Shown in pieces: positions 56,463-64,000 of a stretch of DNA of 64,000 nucleotides (position 1 is its first letter; the number at the start of each line of letters is the position of its first letter). Below the pieces are notes generated by a model. That model did no database searches. It saw only the letters and a program-made list of their open reading frames with translations, and was not told the DNA's origin. The stretch lies in assembly GCA_965215195.1 (NCBI GenBank), contig CBDCDC010000001.1:576001-640000 (forward strand), read 5' to 3'. Both the position numbers and the translations under genes were made by a program. This DNA is from Candidatus Latescibacterota bacterium (lineage in GTDB: Bacteria > Latescibacterota > UBA2968 > UBA8231).

Positions 56463-57863
56463 CTAATTCTCTTGGCCAAGATCAGCAAGTACCAGCCGTT
56501 TGAACAGGTCTCCCCGTGCGGCGTAGTTGGCGAACTGATCAAAGCTGGCGCAGGCCGGCGAAAGCAGCACCACGTCGCCCGCTTGGCCGAGCTGGCGGGC
56601 GGTGTCCAAGGCTTGGGCTAGGTCGCGGCAGCAGTGGGCGATCTCGCCAGCGCCGGCCCGCCGGACGGCAGCGGCAATGCGCGGGGCCTCTTGGCCGATG
56701 AGCAGGGCCGCGCGGACTTGCTCATCGGCGATGCAGGCACCCAAAGCAGTGAAGTCCGCGCCTTTTGCGGCCCCGCCGGCGATCAGCAGCACCGGGCCGT
56801 CAAAGGAGCGGAGGGCGGCCATGGTCGCTTCTGGAGTGGTGGCCAGCGAATCGTTGTAATAGGCCAAGCCATCGCGCTCGGCCACATATTCGAGGCGATG
56901 GGGAAGGGGCTCAAAGGCGCGGAGGGCCTCGGCCAAATGGGTCGCTGGCGCACCAAAGGCCAAAGCGCCGGCTACCGCGGCGGCCGCGTTGCTCCAATTG
57001 TGCCGGCCCCGGAGGGGAAGGTCGGCTACCGGACAAATGGCTATGGGCGGTGCCCCAGGGCAACAAGCCCACAACTGGCCGTCGGCAATCCACGCACCCG
57101 GAATGCTCGGGGCGGTTGTGCTAAAGGCCCACAGGGCGGCTGGACTCTCTGCGGCAAAGGTGCGGGCCGTGGGACAGTCCCCATCGACAATGAGGATATG
57201 GCCGGGCTTTTGGTAGCGGCACACTGGCTCTTTGGCGGCGACGTATTCGGTGCGGTCGGCGTGATAGTCGAGGTGGTCTTCGCTGATGGAGAGGACCACG
57301 GCGATGTGCGGACTTTGGTCGAGGTCTTGCAATTGGAAGCTGGACAGCTCTAGAACCACCCGGTCCGTCGGCTGCAACTCGTCAATAAATTCGAGCGGCG
57401 GCCGGCCAATGTTGCCGCCGCTGAACACCCGCGCCGCGGGGTCGGTGGCCAAGAGCGCATGTAGCAGCGCGGTCGTGGTCCCCTTGCCCTTGGTGCCGGT
57501 GACGCCGAGCACTGGCGCGGGGCATAGCTGTAAAAAGAGGCGGGTCTGGCTCGATACTTCGATGCCGCAACGGCGCGCAGCGCACAGGCGCGGGTCCAGC
57601 GCTGGCAGGCCCGGCGTGCGGAAGAGCAGGTCGAAGTCGGTCAGGTCGTCGAGGTAGCTTTCGCCGATGCGCCACTGTTGCACGCCCTCCACCGGGGTGG
57701 CCGGAGCGCGGGCGTCGCACGCGGAAAAGGGAATCTGGCGCGCGTGGAGAAAGCGGGCCAACGCGCGGTTTTCCACGCCGAGGCCGAGGAGGGCAATGCG
57801 CCGCTGGTGCAGGTGTTGGGTCGCGCTTGACTCTTTGGGGGCGAGGGATTTCTTTAGCGCCAT
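56463..57863 (-). CDS. murD: UDP-N-acetylmuramoyl-L-alanine--D-glutamate ligase
   Basis: GVTGTKGKGTT, ELSSFQL, DHLDYH, HRLE, NDSLAT, LLSPACASFDQF. Confidence 0.96.
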   Translation of the reverse strand: MALKKSLAPKESSATQHLHQRRIALLGLGVENRALARFLHARQIPFSACDARAPATPVEGVQQWRIGESYLDDLTDFDLLFRTPGLPALDPRLCAARRCGIEVSSQTRLFLQLCPAPVLGVTGTKGKGTTTALLHALLATDPAARVFSGGNIGRPPLEFIDELQPTDRVVLELSSFQLQDLDQSPHIAVVLSISEDHLDYHADRTEYVAAKEPVCRYQKPGHILIVDGDCPTARTFAAESPAALWAFSTTAPSIPGAWIADGQLWACCPGAPPIAICPVADLPLRGRHNWSNAAAAVAGALAFGAPATHLAEALRAFEPLPHRLEYVAERDGLAYYNDSLATTPEATMAALRSFDGPVLLIAGGAAKGADFTALGACIADEQVRAALLIGQEAPRIAAAVRRAGAGEIAHCCRDLAQALDTARQLGQAGDVVLLSPACASFDQFANYAARGDLFKRLVLADLGQEN

Positions 57864-58008
57864 TGAAATCGCAATACGCGCTCTAATTAACGGACGTTAC
57901 GCCCTTTGCGGTCGCCGGGGAAACGACGCCTCTGCGTTCATTGCGTTCATCGGCGGATACCCTATCGGGCGCAACATCACGAAGTAAATTGACTAACGAG
58001 AAGGTGCT

Positions 58009-58383
58009 GTGGCTGTAACAATTATGCGTACGGTGCGGCCTAGTCCGCAATGGCAAGACAGCTTGATCCGGCTAGAGAGCGGCCAGCGGGTCGTGGTGGA
58101 TGCCGAGGAAACTTGGTCGCCGGACATGCGCAACCAAATCGCTTGGTGCGGTGCCGATGGCGTGTACAACCTGCCCGCAGACTCGGGGTACTTACTGCCG
58201 GGGGCCAACGTCGGGGCACTCGTGGCCCGCATTGGCACCGGGCCGATCTTTGCCGTGGGCAGCCGCTGCGACTTTGTCGCCGACCGCGCCGGCATCCTGC
58301 ACTTGGCCATGAACGAAAACCCGGACTTCAACAACCAAGCCGGCAAAATCGTCGCCCAAATCATCGTCTTTAGCCAACCATGA
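58009..58383 (+). CDS. LecA/PA-IL-like beta-sandwich (putative lectin) protein
   Basis: WQDS.I....GQ.V...A..TW, GALVARIG, FAVGS, G.LHLAMNE..FNNQAG pattern. Confidence 0.55.
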   Translation: MAVTIMRTVRPSPQWQDSLIRLESGQRVVVDAEETWSPDMRNQIAWCGADGVYNLPADSGYLLPGANVGALVARIGTGPIFAVGSRCDFVADRAGILHLAMNENPDFNNQAGKIVAQIIVFSQP

Positions 58384-59417
58384 GCCTCGCCGGCCGCACG
58401 GCGACCGCAGCCTATGTGCGCGCTGGGCATCCGCCCGTCCGCGCGCTCGCTCCGCTCGCCGCAGGAGTCTGGCGCATCGACGACGCAGCCGGTCGCAAGG
58501 TCGTGGTTAAACATCAGCTCTTCGGGCGGCTAACGCAGGGTACGGCTTTCGACCTGTTGGAGGTTGAGCGCGAAGTGCTCGGGTTCCTGCGTGCAGACGG
58601 ATGTCCGGTGCCCGCGGTCCTCGGCTTAGACCCAGACGCCCACTGCATCTTCTTGCAATGGGTCGGCGATCGCACCCTCGACGACGCCATTCAGGACGGA
58701 GACCAAGCCGCGACCACGCAGGCCATACGCGGGCTGTGCGCCATTGAGCGAACGTGCGCCCAACGCGCCGATCAGCTAGGGCCGAGGGTGGTGCCGAGCG
58801 CCAATCGCACGGCCCTCGCCGCTGCCTGGGACGAGGCCGGGGAGCGGGCATACGCTGGAATTGAGCAGTTGTGCAGCCGCCTCCAGCGGCCCTTGGACGC
58901 CGGAATGCGACCGCTGCTCGAAGCCATGCACGCCTATCTGGCGGCGCGACCGGCCGCGTTGGGCAGCGTAGATTACAACGCACGCAACGCAGTCGTTGAG
59001 CCGGGGGGAACGCGCATCTACTTCCTCGAATTTGCCAAAATTGGTTGGGACTGGACGGAACGGCGCTTGACGCAGTATACTACTAGCATGGGCAGCGGCC
59101 GGCAGGACGGGCGCATGTGCTCGCTGCTGGACGCGCCGGCCGCGCGTTTGTACGCCGAGGAGTCCGGGCGCAGCGATGGCGCACGGGCGCTCGATTATCA
59201 CCGAGTCTTTTTTCTTCTCAACAGCGCGGCCTTGTTGTGCGCGGCCCTCGATGGCGAGCCGCACGCGCTGGCCCTGCGTCAACGCTGGAAAAGGCCCTAT
59301 GCGCGGCTGCGGCAATGCGCGGCCATGCTGGCCGAGGGCCTGAGCACGGACCCAAGCGCGGCCGAGTTCAGAGGCCGGTTGCAATTTTGTACATCACCAC
59401 GCGGAGGTACCCTATGA
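58380..59417 (+). CDS. APH/phosphotransferase (kinase-fold) family protein, divergent
   Basis: VVVKH, EREVLGFL, VPAVLG, DYNARN catalytic-loop-like motif, FLEF. Confidence 0.65.
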   Translation: MSLAGRTATAAYVRAGHPPVRALAPLAAGVWRIDDAAGRKVVVKHQLFGRLTQGTAFDLLEVEREVLGFLRADGCPVPAVLGLDPDAHCIFLQWVGDRTLDDAIQDGDQAATTQAIRGLCAIERTCAQRADQLGPRVVPSANRTALAAAWDEAGERAYAGIEQLCSRLQRPLDAGMRPLLEAMHAYLAARPAALGSVDYNARNAVVEPGGTRIYFLEFAKIGWDWTERRLTQYTTSMGSGRQDGRMCSLLDAPAARLYAEESGRSDGARALDYHRVFFLLNSAALLCAALDGEPHALALRQRWKRPYARLRQCAAMLAEGLSTDPSAAEFRGRLQFCTSPRGGTL

Positions 59418-59680
59418 GCGAGTGGAACACGCTTGACTTCAAGCCCCGGGCCCGGGGTATGATCATCGGCGATATTCCCTGGCTGGCGCGCATAGCCGAC
59501 AAGGCGCGGGCGCACCAGCAAGAGCGCATCGGCGACTACGTATTTCCCTGACCGGCCGACATGCGCTTCCTGGAGGAAGTGGAGCTGACAGCCGCAGCAT
59601 TTGCAGAGATGGTGGCCGCATCCGCAGATGACGATGCACTGATCGAAAAGATGAAAGCGCACTTGGCCGGAAAGCACTAG
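59414..59680 (+). CDS. Candidate selenoprotein, DUF5069-like (88 aa, TGA at codon 46)
   Basis: RBS GGAGG, ATGA overlap with the upstream gene; WLARIADKARA...IGDYVFP-TGA-PADMRFL; frame continues to TAG one base before the next ATG. Confidence 0.75.
59552..59594 (+). promoter_or_regulatory. Putative bacterial SECIS hairpin
   Basis: CGCUUCC-UGGA-GGAAGUG stem-loop with apical loop 19 nt after UGA and G in the loop; basal CGGC/GCCG pairing. Confidence 0.6.
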
Positions 59681-59681
59681 C

Positions 59682-60569
59682 ATGAGCACCCCAGCGCAAA
59701 CAGCGCGCAGACCAAGGCGGAGAGTGCGGGAGCTGGAGGTGGAGGTCGTCCACGTGCGCCGCGACACCCCAGACACCACCACGCTCTTTATGTCCACTGG
59801 CGACGAGCCGATCGAATACGAAGCCGGCCACTTCTGCACCATTGATCCCCATCAGTTCGGCGAGTTGGAGCACTTCACCGCCTATTTAGAAGATCAAAAG
59901 GGGCAGCGGGAAAAGCCGCGGGCCTATTCCATGGCTTCTGCACCGCACGAGCAGGACCTTGCCATCACCATCAAAGAAGAGCGCTACGAGAGCGGCCAGA
60001 CCCCGTACCCGCCGCTGCTGTCGCCGCTCTTGACGTACTACATCCAAGAGGGCCGGCGGCTGGTCATCAGCGGTTTTACCGGGGCGTACACCTTTCCCGC
60101 CGATGTCTGCGAGCGCACCGAGCACATTGTCCACGTGTGCGCTGGCAGCGGCATCGTGCCCAACAGGAGCCTGATCAAGGAGAGCCTGCACCGCGGCGAC
60201 CCGCTCAGGCACACCTTGCTGTTTAGCAACAAGACGCGCAGCGACATCATTTACTTTGAGGAATTCGAGGTGCTGCGGGCGCAGTATCCCGACCGGCTCA
60301 ACGTGATCCACTGCATCACCCGCGAAGACCCAACTGGCATTCGCGGCGCCCGCAACGGGCGCATCTCCGGGGCACTCTTGCGCGAAGTCGCACCCGATCC
60401 CTCCAAGGTGATGGCCTATAGCTGCGGCCCGGGCATCACGCCCTACGAGCGCCGGGCGGCCCGGGCCAAGGGCGAGGTCCCGGAGCCGCGCTTCGTCGAA
60501 AACATGGTCGCACTCTTGCGCACACACGGGTTGGACAAAAATCAGATCCGGCAGGAAAGCTGGGGGTGA
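59682..60569 (+). CDS. Ferredoxin-NADP reductase-like FAD/NAD(P) oxidoreductase
   Basis: RAYSMAS, CAGSGIVP, LLFSNKT, YSCGP, C-terminal ESWG; no Fe-S domain. Confidence 0.88.
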   Translation: MSTPAQTARRPRRRVRELEVEVVHVRRDTPDTTTLFMSTGDEPIEYEAGHFCTIDPHQFGELEHFTAYLEDQKGQREKPRAYSMASAPHEQDLAITIKEERYESGQTPYPPLLSPLLTYYIQEGRRLVISGFTGAYTFPADVCERTEHIVHVCAGSGIVPNRSLIKESLHRGDPLRHTLLFSNKTRSDIIYFEEFEVLRAQYPDRLNVIHCITREDPTGIRGARNGRISGALLREVAPDPSKVMAYSCGPGITPYERRAARAKGEVPEPRFVENMVALLRTHGLDKNQIRQESWG

Positions 60570-61520
60570 ATGAAGTTGATCGTGCAGATTCCCTGCTTTG
60601 ACGAAGAGCAGACCCTGCCCGCTGTAATCCGCGACATCCCGCGCCAAGTGCCCGGCATCGACCAAGTCGAAATTTTGGTCATTGACGACGGCTCCAGCGA
60701 CCGCACCAGCGCGGTGGCGCGCGAGTGCGGTGCCGAGCACGTAATTCGCTTTCCGCACAACCGGGGGTTGGGGCAAGCCTTTAAGGCCGGTTTTGACGCT
60801 TGTCTGCGGCTGGGGGCCGACGTCATCGTCAACACCGATGGCGACAACCAGTACTGCGGCGGCGACATCGGCAAGCTAGTCGCGCCCATCCTCGGCGGCC
60901 GGGCCGACATGGTCATCGGCGACCGGCAGCCGCAGGCCATTGCCCATTTCTCCTTCCTCAAGCGCTGCCTACAGGGCTTGGGCAGCCGGGTGATTAGCCG
61001 CCTCGCCGGCGTACAGGTGCCGGATGTGGCCAGCGGCTTTCGCGCCTTTAGCCGCGAGTGCGCACTCCAGCTTTCGACCTTTACCCATTTCGACCACACG
61101 GCCGAGCACGTGATCGAGGCCGGCTACAAAAACTTGGCCGTGACCTCGGTCGCGGTCCGCACCAACCCCAAGACGCGCGAGTCGCGCCTCTTTTCCAACA
61201 TCGGCAAGTTCGTCTTCAAGTCCGCGGAGATCAGTTTGCGCACCTATGCGCGCTACGCCGCGCTCAAGATATTTGCCACCTGCGGCATTTTGACCTTTGT
61301 CGCCGGCTTTTGCCTCGGCGTGCGCTTTCTCTACTTCTTCTTTTGTACCGACGAAGGGGGGCTGCACGTGCAGTCGCTGATTTTGGCGGCGATTCTGCTG
61401 TTGGCCGGGTTTCAGATGTTTCTCACCGGCGTCATAGCCGATTTGATCGCCACCAATAGGGACTTGCTCGAAGACGCGTTGCAGCGGATCAAGAAGTTGG
61501 AATTGCGGAGCAAAAAATAA
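60570..61520 (+). CDS. Glycosyltransferase family 2 (DPM1-like)
   Basis: IPCFDEE, IDDGSSD, NTDGDNQY, SGFRAFSR, two C-terminal TMs. Confidence 0.92.
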   Translation: MKLIVQIPCFDEEQTLPAVIRDIPRQVPGIDQVEILVIDDGSSDRTSAVARECGAEHVIRFPHNRGLGQAFKAGFDACLRLGADVIVNTDGDNQYCGGDIGKLVAPILGGRADMVIGDRQPQAIAHFSFLKRCLQGLGSRVISRLAGVQVPDVASGFRAFSRECALQLSTFTHFDHTAEHVIEAGYKNLAVTSVAVRTNPKTRESRLFSNIGKFVFKSAEISLRTYARYAALKIFATCGILTFVAGFCLGVRFLYFFFCTDEGGLHVQSLILAAILLLAGFQMFLTGVIADLIATNRDLLEDALQRIKKLELRSKK

Positions 61521-61528
61521 TTTCCCCC

Positions 61529-62491
61529 ATGCAAAAACCTGCGATTTACATAGACGGCCAAGAGGGGACGACCGGGCTGCGCATTCGCCAGATGCTAGCC
61601 GGACGCGAGGATGTGGAGGTGTTGCTCATTCCACCGGCGCAGCGCCGCGATCGGCGCGTACGGGCCGAGTTTCTCAGCCGAGCGGACTTGTGCGTGCTCT
61701 GCCTGCCCGACGACGCGGCCGCCGAGGCCCTCGCCTTGCTCGAAAACCCGCAGACCAAGGTCATCGACACGAGCACGGCGCGCCGGGTCCATCCCGAGTG
61801 GGTCTATGGGCTGCCCGAGATTGCACCCGCGCACAAAGAGCGGATTCGCCGCGCACAGCGAGTCGCCAATTGCGGTTGTTATCCGGTCGGCTTCATTCTC
61901 GCCGTGCGGCCCCTCATCGCACAGGGGCTGCTCCTGCCCACTGCGCCGCTGGCCATCAACGCGGTGTCCGGCTATTCTGGCGGGGGGCGCACGATGATCG
62001 CCGAGTACGAAGGAGAGGGCGGGCACAAGCCTTTCTGCCTGTACGGCCTCGATGGCGCGCACAAGCACTTGCCCGAGATGTGGAAATTCAGCGGGTGCGA
62101 AAAGCAACCGCTCTTTGTGCCGGCCGTCGATCATTCGTTCTGCGGCATGGTCGTCAGTACGCCGCTGGCCGCGGAATTTTTCGCCCGTCCCCGCGTCAAT
62201 CGCCAAGCAGTGTACGAGGTCTGGCGCGCGTACTACGCAGACTGTCCCTTTGTGAAGTTGATCGAGCCGCAAGACGCCGTCCTGCGCGACGACAAGTTCC
62301 TCGACCTAACCGAGTTGAGCCACACCAACTTCGTCGAGCTATCGGTCTGGGGCGACTCGGAGCGGGGGTTGGTTTTGGTCGGGCGGCTCGACAACCTCGG
62401 CAAAGGGGCGTCGGGCAATGCCGTGCAGTGCCTCAACTTGATGCTCGGCTGCGACGAAGCCGCAGGGCTAGGGCTAGATGCTGGTCGATAG
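61529..62491 (+). CDS. argC: N-acetyl-gamma-glutamyl-phosphate reductase (short type)
   Basis: IDGQEGTTGL, IDTSTA, GCYP, SGYSGGG, LDNLGKGASG. Confidence 0.95.
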   Translation: MQKPAIYIDGQEGTTGLRIRQMLAGREDVEVLLIPPAQRRDRRVRAEFLSRADLCVLCLPDDAAAEALALLENPQTKVIDTSTARRVHPEWVYGLPEIAPAHKERIRRAQRVANCGCYPVGFILAVRPLIAQGLLLPTAPLAINAVSGYSGGGRTMIAEYEGEGGHKPFCLYGLDGAHKHLPEMWKFSGCEKQPLFVPAVDHSFCGMVVSTPLAAEFFARPRVNRQAVYEVWRAYYADCPFVKLIEPQDAVLRDDKFLDLTELSHTNFVELSVWGDSERGLVLVGRLDNLGKGASGNAVQCLNLMLGCDEAAGLGLDAGR

Positions 62492-63227
62492 CCACTGTCA
62501 TCTCGACCAATTCGCCGATGCGGCCGCCGTGCTCGCAACGGCCACCCAAGCCGGGGTGGGGCAGGTCGTCGCCGTCAGCGAAAGTGCCCGCTCTATGCGC
62601 ACCGTGCTCGCGCTCAAGCGGCGGCACCCAGACCAAGTGTTAGCCGGGCTGGGCTTGCATCCAGCTTGGGTCACCCAAGCCACAGGCGCAGAACTCGCAG
62701 ACGCGCTCGCCTATCTGGCCGCGCATCTGCCCGAGGCCGATGTCCTCGGCGAGGTTGGCCTCGACTACAAATGGGCGACCAGCCCGGCCCAGCAAGCCCA
62801 GCAGCAAGACGTCCTCGCGCAACAGCTCGCGCTCGCGGCACAGTGCGGCAAGCCGATCAACCTGCACTCGCGTCGCGCCCAGCGGCAGACCTTGGAGCGG
62901 GCCGTGGAATTTCGCCGCCGCACCCAGCTCAACGCCCAGTTACACTGGTTCACCCAGTCTAAAAAACTCGTGCGGATCTGCCGAGCGGAGCGGATCTACG
63001 TGTCCGTTGGTCCGTCCGTTTTGTGCGACCCCCAGACCCAAGCCGTGGCCGCGACCATCGACCGCGAGTTGCTGCTGTTGGAGACGGACGCGCCCGTGGC
63101 CATCGGCGGGGCTGCGGGCCATCCGGCGCAGGTGGCAGCAGTCGCCGCCAAACTAGCCGAACTCATCGGGTTCACCGCGGAAGAGGCCGCCGCCAATTGG
63201 GCGCGCTATTTGGGCAAGCTGCCGTGA
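62478..63227 (+). CDS. tatD: TatD family hydrolase
   Basis: DSHCHLD, GLHP, GEVGLDY, LHSR, LETDAP. Confidence 0.92.
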   Translation: MLVDSHCHLDQFADAAAVLATATQAGVGQVVAVSESARSMRTVLALKRRHPDQVLAGLGLHPAWVTQATGAELADALAYLAAHLPEADVLGEVGLDYKWATSPAQQAQQQDVLAQQLALAAQCGKPINLHSRRAQRQTLERAVEFRRRTQLNAQLHWFTQSKKLVRICRAERIYVSVGPSVLCDPQTQAVAATIDRELLLLETDAPVAIGGAAGHPAQVAAVAAKLAELIGFTAEEAAANWARYLGKLP

Positions 63228-63291
63228 AAACACGGGCTGCGGTTTTACCATAGTATCAGCGCACTTGCGACAATCGGTAACAGGAGGAACC

Positions 63292-64000
63292 ATGCCAACG
63301 AGCATTTTTGTCCTTGCTTTCGCCCTCGTCTTTTGCGGGCTAGCAGGACCAGTGAGCGCCCAACAAGGCCTAGGAAATTTGGAAAATCTGATCGATCTCG
63401 GCGGCGGCGGAGGCAAACTCCAAGCCCTTTCCACGTCCGACCTGCCGGATCTAAATCAGGATTTGATCTCCGGTAAGGCGCGCTTGCCCAGCAGTTTAAG
63501 CGCGGATAAGACGCGCATCGGCCAAGATCGCGATATAGACCCAGACACGTACATCGTCGGCCCCAACGACGTATTGCAGCTCTATATCTGGGGCGAATTC
63601 GACCAGCCCTATACGTTGCAGATCGATCCAGAGGGCAATGTCCTCATCCCCACTGTCGGCTCGTTCCACATTTCGGGCCTGTCCCTGACCGCGGCCAAAG
63701 AGCACCTCTCGACCGCAGTCCGAAACAAGTATCCCAACGTAGAACTCAGTATCTCCCTCGTGAGTATGCGCTTCTTCACGGCGTACGTCACCGGCGCAGT
63801 AATAAACGAGGGCAGCTTCACCATCCATCCGACCACGCGGGTTGCAGATATAATCAATCGGGCCGGCGGCTTTAGGGGCCGGTTGCAAGGGATCGCTTCG
63901 CCGGGTCAGGGCATCGATGAGCAGCTCCTGCGCGCGAATCAAGGCACGAACCGCGACATAGGCCGGCGCTCCATTGAGCTGATCCACCGCGACGGCACCA
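63292..64000 (+). CDS. Polysaccharide export protein (Wza/SLBB family), 3'-partial
   Basis: RBS AGGAGG, signal peptide, YIVGPNDVLQLYIWG...IDPEGNVLIPTVG...VTGAV...INRAGGF; absent from the ORF track because it runs off the window. Confidence 0.88.
   Translation, partial: MPTSIFVLAFALVFCGLAGPVSAQQGLGNLENLIDLGGGGGKLQALSTSDLPDLNQDLISGKARLPSSLSADKTRIGQDRDIDPDTYIVGPNDVLQLYIWGEFDQPYTLQIDPEGNVLIPTVGSFHISGLSLTAAKEHLSTAVRNKYPNVELSISLVSMRFFTAYVTGAVINEGSFTIHPTTRVADIINRAGGFRGRLQGIASPGQGIDEQLLRANQGTNRDIGRRSIELIHRDGT

Noticed and set aside
55437-56621. Long antisense ORFs (394 aa here; also 30181-31314, 17734-18852, 22724-23842)
   Set aside because: Shadow ORFs opposite well-supported genes, expected in high-GC DNA
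59549-59551. Alternative genetic code (TGA = Trp/Gly) as the explanation for the in-frame TGA
   Set aside because: TGA is clearly used as stop elsewhere in the window (guaA, purL, several ATGA/TGATG overlaps)

Overview
High-GC bacterial chromosomal window. The PhyH dioxygenases, sulfatase and FlgD-Ig-tailed secreted protease suggest an uncultured Latescibacterota/Gemmatimonadota-like lineage (inference only). The housekeeping backbone (gatB, nadB, guaA, tyrS, purL, murD, radC, argC, tatD, wza-like) is interrupted by several AT-richer accessory inserts: an R-M pair, a DUF1524 nuclease lipoprotein, a 3-gene RES toxin-antitoxin locus and a ~12.4 kb island at 33840-46268. The most notable items are: (1) the island, bracketed by direct repeats, with a triple dynamin-like GTPase operon and an operon encoding a multi-TM protein, a vWA protein and a MotA/ZorA-like + ExbD/MotB-like pair, both operons preceded by the same ~80-bp element; (2) a small ORF absent from the ORF track (59414-59680) with an in-frame TGA at a Cys-like position and a SECIS-like hairpin, i.e. 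a candidate DUF5069-like selenoprotein next to an FNR-type reductase; (3) a Tyr4 leader peptide with terminator and antiterminator upstream of tyrS, i.e. ribosome-mediated attenuation; (4) an Lnt-TatC gene fusion. No rRNA, tRNA or CRISPR array was seen. Family assignments come from motif recognition by eye, not from database searches.
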